Below are positions 26,196-37,724 of a DNA stretch of 64,000 nucleotides, piece by piece (within the stretch, counting starts at the first letter, position 1; each line of letters starts with the position of its first letter). Origin of the DNA: Vicugna vicugna (Eukaryota). The position numbers were made by a program, and so were the translations under genes. The stretch covers positions 3,983,061-4,047,060 of the forward strand of contig MU058423.1 of the NCBI GenBank assembly GCA_013265495.1. The letters run 5' to 3'. The notes under the pieces are model-generated. The model was not told where the DNA came from. It worked only from the letters and a program-made list of their open reading frames with translations, and ran no database searches.

Positions 26196-26400
26196 ATTCT
26201 GGATTCCCATTTTTTTAAAATTTTCTCCACAAACTCATAGCCCAGATCTCTGAGAACAAAGGGGTAACTGCTTCAAGAGGGAGACGTTTTCTGATTCTTT
26301 TTGTTGTTGTTACTCTTCTGTTAAAAATTTTAGAGCCTGTAGGAGCCAATTATAATGTGACTTACTTATCTGAGGTACCAAGAAGCAAGCAATTTTTTTC

Positions 26401-26763
26401 TATATATATATTTTTTTTTTAATTGAAGTATAGTCAGTTTACAATTTTGTGTCAGTTTCTGGTGTACAGCATAATGCTTCAGTCATACATGAATATACAT
26501 ATATTTGTTTTCATATTCTTTTTCACCATAAGTTGCTACAAGATATTGAATATAGTTCCCTGTGCTATAGAGTATGGACTTGTTTATCTAGTTTATATAT
26601 ATTAGTATCTGCAACTCTCGAACTCCTAACTTATCCCTTCCCACCCTCTTCCCTCCCTGGTGACCATAAGTTTGTTTTCTCTGTCTGAGAGTCTGTTTCT
26701 GTTTTGTAAATAAGTTCGTTTGTCTTTTTAGATTCCACATATAAATGATATTATATGGTATTT
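26401..26763 (-). mobile_element. Short 3'-UTR fragment of the same lineage-specific L1 family
   Basis: poly-T then aattgaagtatagtcagtttacaa...tagattccacatataaatgatattatatggtattt; reverse-complementary to 55160-55500. Confidence 0.9.
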
Positions 26764-27567
26764 CAAGCCCAGTTTCTGAACAAGGAGAAATAATCTCAAA
26801 AGAACTTTTTAAGTACATGTTCTGATTGTTGTGGTATGTTTTGAGTATAGTTCGTCTTTCTGGAAAAGGGAAACAGTTGTGTCATGAGCTTGGTTTAAAG
26901 AGGAACCTGACTAAGTATTTTTTGGTCCATTTTGTGCTTAGGTTTTCTTACCGTTAATTTCCTCCTCCTCGCCTCATTTACAATGCCATTTTGCGTTAAA
27001 AGCCTTTCCTCTGACAAGATGTCGTCTTCCTTTAGTCATTATCCTATTTTTTTCTCCTGAATCTGAGCATCATTGCTAAAACGTCGTAACACGCTGTGTT
27101 CCGCTGCCACCTGTCTTGCAATGTCTCGTCCTGCTGGAGGAACGTTCTCAGGGGTTCTGTTAGGGGCACCAGTAGTAACCATTTAAATCAAATTCCTAGT
27201 CAGTTCTGGGCTTGCACAAAACCGGTGTGATCTACTTGTGTGAATGATGATAAAACTGAAAGACACAGAATGCTGTTATCTCTATATGGAATTGAGGGGT
27301 GTGCAGTTAACAAAACTGAGTGGTGGACTGGAGAGTTGAACTTGAATTCTCACTATTATTGTGACCGGAAGCTGTGTGTAAGTAACAGCTTTAAACCCTC
27401 TGCTCATGCTCCCCTCCCCAAGCCACAGCACGCTAACACTTAGGACTGGATTCCAAGTGGAAGCAGTCCTGAGGATCCCGAGTAGCACCGCCATGTACAG
27501 ACCATTATGGGGTGATCATTTGTGTTAAGTGTGTTCTCAACACTGGCTTTTCCCCCCTCTAATTTAG

Positions 27568-27633
27568 GGTAGAAATTTAGCATCTGGAGAGGTTGGATTT
27601 TTTCCAAGCGATGCTGTGAAGCCTTGCCCCTGT
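27568..27633 (+). CDS. VAV3: VAV3 internal coding exon (approx. exon 21): GRNLASGEVGFFPSDAVKPCPC
   Basis: pyrimidine tract + tttag acceptor, gtaagt donor at 27634; 66 nt, phase 0 to 0; continues the SH3 (WQ|GRN...GFFP). Confidence 0.97.
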
Positions 27634-29199
27634 GTAAGTACGAATATTTTACTTTTTCCTACTTTGTTTTGTTTTTTGATGCTGTAATTGTGCAAGAATG
27701 TACAAAGGATACTGGTTTGGTCCCTCATTAATTTTATTAATATTTTCTGGGGATCATATTATTTCATGTTTAAAGGTATGGCCAATGTCATCAAGATTAC
27801 AAAATCATTATGATACACCATTGTCAGAAAATATTATTAAACGTTAAGGGAATATATGCAAGAGGGAAATTTAAATTTGTAAACAAACAATTTAATTTTG
27901 TAAATTCTACAAAGTTTTAGAAGGAAGAAACTAAGGCTACTGATCAGATGTACAAATTTCCCTCTTCCCCCTGAGGTGAGAGTGGTAGGGTCTAATGTAT
28001 TTCTGGTTACTTTGAGCTACAGAGAGCTTACACTCCAACCAGTGTTTGAAAGCATGCTAGAAAGCATGCAAGTCCACAGATGCTTCAATCAAATCTCTTA
28101 GTACATTTTTCTATGCTTTAGTATCATAATGACATTTTCTGAAAACCTCAAACACATTAGGCAGATAAAAGAAGAATGATGTAACAAAATGTACTCTGGT
28201 GCTTTATGAAATTTATAAATTTCTGTTTAGGGTGACATTTTATCATAATTTGGTGTTTATTCTACGAAGCTTTTTAAGTTCTTAATTCTAAGTAAATGAA
28301 GTTCTTTTACTAACATAATGGAGTTAATAGTTTGGAGGAAAAAAATCTTTCTTGAACTGTCTTGCTTGCTATATTTCAGTCCTTCCTAGATTTCTATTAT
28401 AAGTGGGAATGTCTGTCATCCTTGACCTCGGGTGTGGTCTGTAGAGTAATTCACTCCACTCATTCAAGCTTCAATTCAAAAGCAAAGGGAATCCAAAAAA
28501 GGTTTACTCTATGTCTATTGTTTCTGTGATCTAATGCCACGTATTTGTTATCTTACATAATAGTCTTTTAAAAAAAAAACTGATAGCACTCTTAAGTGGC
28601 TACAAAGCCATTTTTGCTTCTCTATTCTGTCATTTATATGAACAAGCTTCAGGCTTCCTGTGCTTAATGAAGTAATGTTTTATGTAGGCAGGTAGCAGGG
28701 AATTAAGCTGTTTGGTAACCTAAAAGACATAAAATCAAAACTTTTATGCATTTTATGTACCAAGCCTTGAATAAGGCATAAAATGACATTTGAAGTTTTA
28801 TTTTAGGACTAGGCTGGCACATAGTAGGTATTTAGTAAATTTTACATGAATGAACAAAGGGGTGAAAAAGCAAACGAAAGCCCCTGATTGTAGGTAACTA
28901 ACAATGCCAGCTACTAATTAAATCAGCGTATAGACTCATATTGGATGGTATTGGTGACCTAGTTAGTTACTAGAAAGAGAAACAGGTTCCGAATTTTCAG
29001 CTGACAAAGAGTTATTGAGGAACACATAAGTATGAGTAGGTCTGCCAACTAAATATGATTGTTCTGTAGCTTAAAGTTAATGAATAGCTACTAAAATTGC
29101 ACTGCTTAATGAAATTATAGATCCGTTTGTTGGTTTGTAGGTCAGGTTAGGTGAAGGTAAGTGGAAGGAGGTGAAGGAACATAAGAGACCACCCACTTC

Positions 29200-31130
29200 C
29201 AGCCCTATGGTAACTGGAGACAAAGCCTGGAGCCACAGCACAGTGCAAACTGGGGTATCTCTCTGTGGATCCCAGAGCCCTCAGTAGGGGAGCAAGAAGA
29301 AAACAGAAGATATGCTTATCTTTGTCTTGGATCTGGGTTGGAAAAAGAAAGCAGTGTCTCTTCCCTAAGAAATCTTAACTTTAGATCCAAAAACCATCCA
29401 TGTGTGGGGTTGAAATTCAGACCGGATCTGTGACCTAAATAATTCTAAACTAGAAGCATAGTGTAGAATGATTCCACATTGCATCCCCAATACAAGTACA
29501 AATTCTTTCTAGATTGGAGCCTCAAAGGATTTCTACAGATAAAGTCTCAAGGATTATAAAATTCACAATTTGGAATCACTAAATTTTATGAAGAAATAAA
29601 AGTCTAAGAGGAAAACAAGTCACTCTCCAAACTGGGCATATTCAAAAAGAATTAGATAAAGTAATTTAAGTGGAAACATTATTAGACACAGTTGGATAGA
29701 ATTGGATAGAAAACTGGAAGAAAAATCTGAAGAAATTTCTCAGTGAACAGTCCAGAGAGATTAGGAGGAAGAAAATGTAACAGAATGGAGTGATCAATTT
29801 CAAATACGTCTTATTGAAGGAGAGAATATAGATAATTTTGGGAAAGCATTGTTCAAATAAATGGCTGAGAATTTTCCAGAATTTACAATAAAACGAATGT
29901 ATAGAGTAAAGTTCAGTACCTGGCCACATTTAGTGAAACTGCAGACCATCGAAGACAAAGAGAAAGTATTAAAACCAACTACAGAGTACCTATACAGCGT
30001 TGCTGAGAGATGCACAGCTAACAGCAGCAGTAATGGAAGCAGTAAGGGTTCTTGTGGTAATAGTCAAGTATCTCCTATTGAACCAGTCCTCCTATACAAA
30101 ATAACTACAAACTCTGGATAAACATTTGTTTACAAAAACGTCTGAAGGTTCTGGTTAAGAGGAGGTTACACTCAGAGGGGGGTGACACTAGGTGATGTTC
30201 CTGGTTTTATGGCTACTTGCACCCAATTCAGATAGAGATCTCACAGTGTTTCTGGCTTGAAGAGGCAGAATATGGAGTGTGAAGCAAATACAAGCTGGAA
30301 AGGGAAATAGGAGATCTAAGAAAGGAAGGCGTCGGGAGGGGGGACCCTCAGATTCTGTGTAAGATGGTTGTCTTAGTGGTACAGACTCCAGGTAGCTCAG
30401 AGTAAGCTGAGAATTCAGTTGCCTCTTAACCGCAGCTGGGTAAGGGAAGACAAGGGTTTGTAGTTGGGATTCAGCCAAGGTTACTGCCTGCTTGAGGAGA
30501 AGCCACACTCTTTGTAGGAACATAGCAGAATCTAGGGCCTCTTCAGTGTATCAGATGGTCCAAGAGACTATCCACAACGACTCAGTGCACAGAGAAACAG
30601 GAAACACAAACCACACTTCAAGGAAGAGACAGTCGACGGGTAGCAACCCTCAGATGTCCCAGATGACGGCCTTTCCAGGAAAGGATTTTTAAAGTAGCTG
30701 TTACAGTAACTGTGCTCAGGGACCTAACGGGAAAGACAGTTGATCCTTGAAACACTGAAGGGTTAGTTCGTGGGCCTTCCAAGCAGCGGAAGATCCACCT
30801 ATATCCAGCTGCAGCCCTCCACATCCACAGTTCCACCCCCAGAGTCAACCAAGCGCAGATCGTACAGTGTTGCAGTATGTACTACTGAAAACAAAATCCA
30901 CATGTAAGTGGAGCCACGCAGTTCAAGCCCGTGTTGTTCAAGGGTCAACTGTATGTTCACGATGAGTGGGTAGGAAACCTCAGCAGAGAAACAGGATCTA
31001 TAAAAAGGCACCAAATGGAAATTCTATACAGTGAAACTTCAGTATTTGAAGAAGTAAGAATATTTTTAAAGAAAACTACTGGCAACTTAGAAAGTTATGT
31101 TTCCTCAGTAAGGATGAAATAATGACTTTT
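29200..31130 (+). mobile_element. Ancient L1/HAL1-like 5' and ORF1 remnants
   Basis: ORF 29861 MAENFPEF...PHLVKLQTIEDKEKVLK resembles L1 ORF1p; A-rich; boundaries approximate. Confidence 0.65.
30737..30951 (-). mobile_element. MER8-like TcMar-Tigger MITE
   Basis: TIRs cagttgatccttgaa ... ttcaagggtcaactg followed by ta. Confidence 0.85.
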
Positions 31131-31808
31131 CTAGCCTAACAAACACAAAGCTCACTTTTAACTGTCTCATCTGGTTTCTGTAAGATGTACTTTAGGAAGA
31201 CGCATGTATCCTGCATTATTTTACATGTATGCTATGTTCCCACTAACATGTTCTTTTAAACTCGGTATCCACAGCAGACATTTAATGGTAAACAGCCTAT
31301 GATAAAGGCAGAAAAAGGCACCAGAGGAAAATGGTCAAAGCTGAAAATATGCTCAAGGATGAGAGTATCCAGAAGAAAACCGTCTGTGGCCTTTCACATG
31401 AAAGGCCCATTCAGACAAGGGCCCAGAGCACACAGAAAAGAAAAGGAGGGAGGGGCTCGCGTCAGATGGAAAAGGACAGAACTCCTACCTCAGTTATGGG
31501 AGTCCTAGCTCTTCACACAACGGGGTACAAACACCCCCCCGGACGGAGAAGCGGCTCCAGCAGGACATACCAGGACGGGACGGCCTCAAATCTGTTCTGC
31601 TTTAGAATTCTGTGTTGCCCTTCGTTCATGTGGGTCTTTCCCTGCTAAGAAAATCTACAGCCAGTGAATGCTGAAGCTCTTCCCAAGGGAGAGAGAGATT
31701 GGTTTAGGAATAAGCATACATTTGAAGAATACAGAGAGGGAGAGGGAAGGAGAAAATATTTTTTCCCAACAGATTGCAGAGGCTACGTGTGTCTAATCAA
31801 AAGGGAAC

Positions 31809-31897
31809 TTTTTTTTTAAATGGAGGTAATGGGGGTGGAACCCAGGCCCTGCTGCATGCTAGGCGTGTGCTCTGCCACTGAGCTCTTGCCCTCCCCC
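31809..31897 (-). mobile_element. tRNA-derived SINE, vic-1-like, short and more diverged form
   Basis: minus strand gggggagggcaagagctcagtggcagagcacacgcctagcatgcagcagggcctgggttccacccccattacctcc + poly-A; flanking direct repeat aaagggaa. Confidence 0.85.
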
Positions 31898-33007
31898 ACG
31901 AAAGGGAAACTGTTGAAGATTGATTTCTACTTATGAAAACAAGGTGGTATAACAAAGTATTTGCAGGATTTGAATAGGTTCAAAATTCGGTATTATTTGC
32001 TGTGTATCAGGATTCTACATGGTGGTAAACTTTAAAATGTGATCTATGGGATAAAGTATTTAAATATTAAGAACTTTAGAGATGTTCTGACCAAGAAGAT
32101 AATTTTTTATATGTAACTCTTCATCTGGAAGGTCAAAATAGTAACAGCCCATGATGAAAATGGACATGCTAGAGAGAGATTCACTTTGACCAGATCTCAG
32201 TTACAAATGAGAGTAATGGCATTTTTAATTAACCAACATAAAAAGCCTCAGGAATACCAAGGAATATATACATCAGACTCAGGGGATACAAAAAAATTTT
32301 CTAACCACAAGACAAACTTTTCTTAGGGATTTATAAACTTCGTCCCCCTTTGCACAGCATGCATTTTGTTATTTTATGAATATTAGCATGCCGCCTTTGG
32401 CTTTGTTCATTTTCTAGTTGTAATCAGCAACTAGAAGTTTTTTTTTTTTCTTTCTTTGTGTAGAAATTGCAATGGTTTTCTCTTTTGCAAAGCTCCATAG
32501 GTGAAAAAAGAAAAATATATCCCATGGCTTTTTCATAAATAAAAGGTTTCCCAGTTGGTACCAAGACTTCAAAAGCAGCATTTAAAACGTGTGTTACAAA
32601 GTAAGAGTCTATTTCCAAGGGATATTGTTTATTTTGCCTGTTTTTCCAATGTCTTAGGAAAGCAGAGTGCCATTTGGTTTTCCTAACATTTTCATTTTAA
32701 TTTGCTATGATAGGATTAAACTGCCTTGATAATAAATACCAAAAGATTCCAATTCATATTTTTCCTGTTATCTCTTCCTTTAGAGGTACAGTGGCAGTAG
32801 AAAGAATGAATTAAAGTAATGTGAATTATTTTCTACATACCTGACATACACCATGAGTCACTGTGTGTAACATTGCCAATGGATTGTTCGTTGTAGGACT
32901 GCGCTCCTGGGGGTTTTACAAAGCTGAGTCAGCTGAACTGAATTAATGATTGATTTCTAAAAGCTCCCTTTAAGTAAACAATCTATTTTTGCCTTTTTAT
33001 ATCCTAG

Positions 33008-33042
33008 GTGCCCAAACCAGTAGATTATTCTTGCCAACCCTG
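33008..33042 (+). CDS. VAV3: VAV3 short coding exon (approx. exon 22): VPKPVDYSCQP(W)
   Basis: cctag acceptor, gtaagt donor at 33043; 35 nt, phase 0 to 2; the split TG|G Trp codon starts the SH2 domain. Confidence 0.96.
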
Positions 33043-33624
33043 GTAAGTATTAAAAATGTTTATGTAGCTAAGTTGAAATATCATACCCTTAGCTCGAGGA
33101 CGCCTTAAACATGGGAGTAGTAAACAGCGTTCCATTTCCATTTGTCCTGGCTAAAGGTGTTTTCAGATGCAACAAAACACCATAATGAATTTATGTAGTG
33201 GGGTGTGTGTGTATACAACTGCATGTACCTGACTGTAAATTCAAAGTTTGTACCAGCCACAGAGGGGGATGGGATATGCGCAAATATATATATATATATA
33301 GTATTTTAGAAGAGTCGATTTCATGAAGCAGAGGAAAAAAGTATAATTCCATTGTCTGAAACTAAAAATTAGCCCAGAAAGGATAGTAGAGCCTAAAAAT
33401 AGAGTTTACAACACACAATATGGTAGGAGCAAGATGTAGCCACATCTAAAGTTTTAGGTCTGTGTGGAGCTCACTTACCACTTGGAGGCTGGCATTAGCA
33501 CTTACAGAACCAAGGAAGCAAAGTAGATAATGATTATTATTTTTTAGACATTATGAGTTTAAGGGGAAGTGAGATCTTCAACCGGAAAAAAATCTATTTA
33601 GAATCTAGGACAGTTATAATCATC

Positions 33625-33790
33625 ATGTAACAACCAACGTATACTGGGTACTTACACGTTTTATTTCATTCCGTCTTTCTGGTATCTGTATAAGGAAGGT
33701 TGTTATTAATTTTACAGATGAGGAAACAACGATTAAGGCCAAGCAACTAGTCAGTGGTAGATAGAGCCAGGATTCCAAGTTATTCCATTT
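33625..33790 (-). mobile_element. MIR SINE fragment
   Basis: attttacagatgaggaaac-like core followed by agtggtagatagagccaggattccaa. Confidence 0.65.
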
Positions 33791-35299
33791 CCACCATCTG
33801 TCAAAGTACAAATCATAAGTATGTTTACTTTTATGTTTGCTGAATTTTGAATTTGGCTTCTCTTAAAAGATGATTGGATCTGTTTTCATTTTGATATTGA
33901 AATACATACATACAAATTAGATATCAGGATATGTATATAAATGAGATTCTGAGCATGAAACAGTGCTAGTTCAGTTTGCAAGTGTAGATAGCACCTGCGT
34001 TGTCTGATACTGTTAAAATATTCTGATTATTTGGTTACATAAACAAAGCATGGGAAGTGCCAGGTTGCTGTACGAATACATTGTCCCAAGTACAGGATTC
34101 CTCTCCTCAGCCCTGTCCCTGGCACACCTGCCTTCTGCAGCCATGGTCTCCTTTCTCTGACATCCCCCCCTGGCCTTCAGCACTGAGCTTGCTGAAGAAA
34201 TTGAAGCAGGCTTGTGATGGACCTAGAAATCTTTGCTATTTGTTTAGTTGGTTTAAGACAGATTCAAGGTCTTAGTTTTCATGGAATTAAAGACTGTAAT
34301 CCTGAAAGCAATTAAATTTGAATAGAGCTGATAGCATCCATGATCAAACTGAAAAAATATCAAGAACTGGTGAGATCCTGCGAGTGTGAAGATTTCTCTT
34401 TTCTTTTAGTATTTTTCATAGAAGGCAGAGTAGTTACAAAAATAATGATTTTTAGAGATAGTCATGCCACAGACTACACGGATTTTATGAAATAAACTGA
34501 TGAGTTACCTGGGAACCATTTGGGGGCACAAGAGATTAGCCCTTGATTCCTTTATTTTAAAATGTTCTTTTGTGCCAGTTTGTAAAATTCTATTGAAAAT
34601 ATAACCATTTAGAATAGTTTGTTCCTAATGATTAAAAAAATGAAGATGTTCACATGAGGGAAGACCCTTGAAAATAGGAAGAAATAAAAATGTGGAATTT
34701 TTAAATTACTTTTTTTTTTAATCAGCTTGGACAATTTATTCACACTAAGCAGTTGGTTTCATATTAAATGCCTTCTGCTGGGACAAAATGATCAACTATA
34801 CTGGAAAATAGAACCTTCAATTCTAGAATTACTAAACTGTTTAGAGAAGATGACACTGTGGTTCTCAAGTCGTAAAGAAGTTGAATATCACCAACTGTAT
34901 AGTGTATTCATTCTTTCCATATTTACAAACAAGTTGTTACCACAACGTAGACTTTGTCTCTCATACAGACCATGGAATACACCACAATTCAAGCGGTATT
35001 ATCTTCAGCAATCTAGCTGTGTTTTGGGGTGCATGAAGGCAGGGATGAGGCATGGGGCTTAAATCTGGGAAACTGTCTCAAAATCCATATGACAGAAAGA
35101 ACACAGATGCCAAGGGCCCTACCTCATCCTCCAAGTCGTCAGGCAACTTACCTCTTCCTGCCCTTGCAGGAGACACGCGATAGAAGATAAATTACGTGGG
35201 GAAATTGAGCCATACAGGGCCTGGACTTGGAAAGAGCAGGCCCAGCAGAGACTGGGGAGATGCCAAACTGCAAACAGAGGGGTCAAATTAAGGAAAGTC

Positions 35300-36110
35300 A
35301 GTATACAGACGGGGGATGATGCCCTGTTCCAGGACCAGCCCCGTTTCAGTGCTGGGACAGCTGGGTCCCAGACACGTGGGCTGCCCTTCTCCTTGTGTCC
35401 AGAAAGGAATCTGGAAGACTTTTCTCTAAAGAAACTGAATAGACTCGAGTTAAAAACCTAAAATCCAGCCCCTCCCTCAGGTTCTAGCCAAACGATCAGG
35501 TTCCCAAGGAGCTTACCTTCCTCTCCCCACACAGAGCTTCCAGCCCATTCTTGGATGCCTCCCTCTTAACTATGAGCAGACAACCAAGAGCAACCAGACA
35601 TTTGAGAAAAACCTTGAAGTAGAGAACAGATAAAATGGAAAAAAAAGAAACCTGGAAGAAAGACAAACATTAGAATGGGCAAAAGATTTGTTTTTAAAGC
35701 CTTTAACTTACATTCTCAGAATTAAGAGATGAAAATACATCCAGAGAAGTGAGCTGGATGTTTTATAAAAGGAACAATCAGAGAACATTCAAGAGCTCTT
35801 CTAAATTAAATATTGAGTAGAGGAACTGAAAAGTAAAATTGAGCAAATCCTCCAGAAAAATCAGAGATAATATGAGAGAAAAGAGAGAGAAAAATCAATC
35901 GACCCTAGAAACCCAGCCCGCAGTTGATAGGAACTCCAGGAGACACTGAAAGCAGCAATTACCAAAGAAATAAAACAAACATTTCTTAGAATTTCTCATT
36001 TCCAAATCAAAATGCTACCCAGAGCCCAGGACAGAACTGAAATTTTCAGTACAGCATGTAACTGGAAGGCACAGTGTCATGAAATTTTGCAGTGTAGACA
36101 AAACAAAGAA
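35300..36110 (+). mobile_element. Ancient L1/HAL1-like ORF1-region remnant
   Basis: A-rich text (caaccagacatttgagaaaa, agcaattaccaaagaaataaaacaaacatttcttagaa, gtcatgaaattttgcag) typical of old ORF1. Confidence 0.5.
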
Positions 36111-36949
36111 TACTGATTTGAAAGCTAGCCAATCGAAACATAAAATTTTTCCTTTCACTTTTATTACCCAACATCTCGAATGTATTTTGCCAGTAAATGT
36201 TAAACCTGTATTTGATGTGAAAGGTCACTAAAGAATATTTCAACATTCACTTTGGGCCTTTTATTGTTGGTGTCATGGAATTTGGGTATGTTTAAGGCCA
36301 ACATAGTTCAGGAATAATTGAATTCTGGTTTTGAAAATATCCACCTTTTAAACATTTTACTAGTACTACTTAATTTCTTAAGAAAACTGGTTAGCCAAAT
36401 TGTGGATTACAAGAATTAATTTTATATCATAAAAATAATTTAAATTATGATGAGTTTTCTTAAAATGACACTCAAAGGAGATTTTATTTCACACTGTTGC
36501 ACATAGAAAAGGTGACATTTTTGGAGGCATGTGTGTACATCTCAGTGCATCTTACACAGGGCAGTCCTTCCCTTCATGTCTTTTTCCTTTTTTTTTTTTT
36601 AACCTTTTTTTATTGAGTACGTCTTTTTCTTTCTTGACCCTAAACTTCCCACAACTCTCCCTCTAACCCAATACCTACTAGTTCTTTGTCCCATTTATTT
36701 ATTTGATAAATATTTAGCTCGTGTTAAGCATTGTTCACTTCCCTGTTGTAATCTTTGTAGAGCATTTGCATTTGTATGTAATTGAAGGACTTTTTTCCCC
36801 ATTATTTGTTTTGAAGCAATAGAATTAGTTTAGAAGCAAAATCAGCTCAGTTCTGCTCCTAAATGAAAATCCCAACAGATCACTTATTTTTAGCCTCTCT
36901 TCTCTTCCAGGTACATTACCCACATTTTCTGTGTCTGTCTTTCTTACAG

Positions 36950-37066
36950 GTATGCTGGAGCAATGGAAAGATTGCAGGCAGAGACTGAACTTATTAATAG
37001 GGTAAATAGTACTTACCTTGTGAGGCACAGGACCAAAGAGTCAGGAGAATATGCAATTAGCATTAA
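36950..37066 (+). CDS. VAV3: VAV3 coding exon (approx. exon 23), SH2: (W)YAGAMERLQAETELINRVNSTYLVRHRTKESGEYAISI(K)
   Basis: ttcttacag acceptor, gtaagt donor at 37067; 117 nt, phase 2 to 2; contains the SH2 YLVR (FLVR-equivalent) motif. Confidence 0.97.
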
Positions 37067-37636
37067 GTAAGTAGGACGAGTACTTTTACAGAAATAGATT
37101 TCCTGTTTTCATAATTGCATAGACCATCTGACATGTATCGCGCTGAAAGTTGAAAACCAAGGTTCTAACTGCAGCAGAAATAATGCATCATCTCTCCATG
37201 CAGTTCATGAATACTTGAAAATATCTGTTAGAAAAAACAGTATTACGTGTTATAGGCCACTAATTGGCATATTAGGTTTCTTTCATAATACTGTAATTTG
37301 GTGACTTGATATGTGTGTGTTTCTAGTAAATTCTAATATAAATTACTTGATTTTGTTTTACTTTGTTTTTCAGTGTTCTCAAACTGATCTTATGAATAAA
37401 TTCGGCATAGTGATTGGTCAAACCTAACCACCCCCCCCACTTCAAATATTGGTTGTATCTTCAGCCAATCTAGTAAATACATTTTGTTAATTAGCTGTCA
37501 CCAGTGTATTGGCATAGGTATATATTTTGTCTTCACAATTAATTCCTATAATGTTATTGGGGCATGCCCTCTGGTAATTATTGATTTCAGCTGATTAAAA
37601 ACACATTTATATTCATAAGTTATCCGTTGCCCACAG

Positions 37637-37724
37637 GTACAATAATGAAGCAAAGCACATCAAGATTTTAACAAGAGATGGCTTTTTTCACATTGCAGAA
37701 AATAGGAAGTTTAAAAGTTTAATG
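37637..37724 (+). CDS. VAV3: VAV3 coding exon (approx. exon 24), SH2: (K)YNNEAKHIKILTRDGFFHIAENRKFKSLM
   Basis: ccacag acceptor, gtaagc donor at 37725; 88 nt, phase 2 to 0. Confidence 0.97.
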
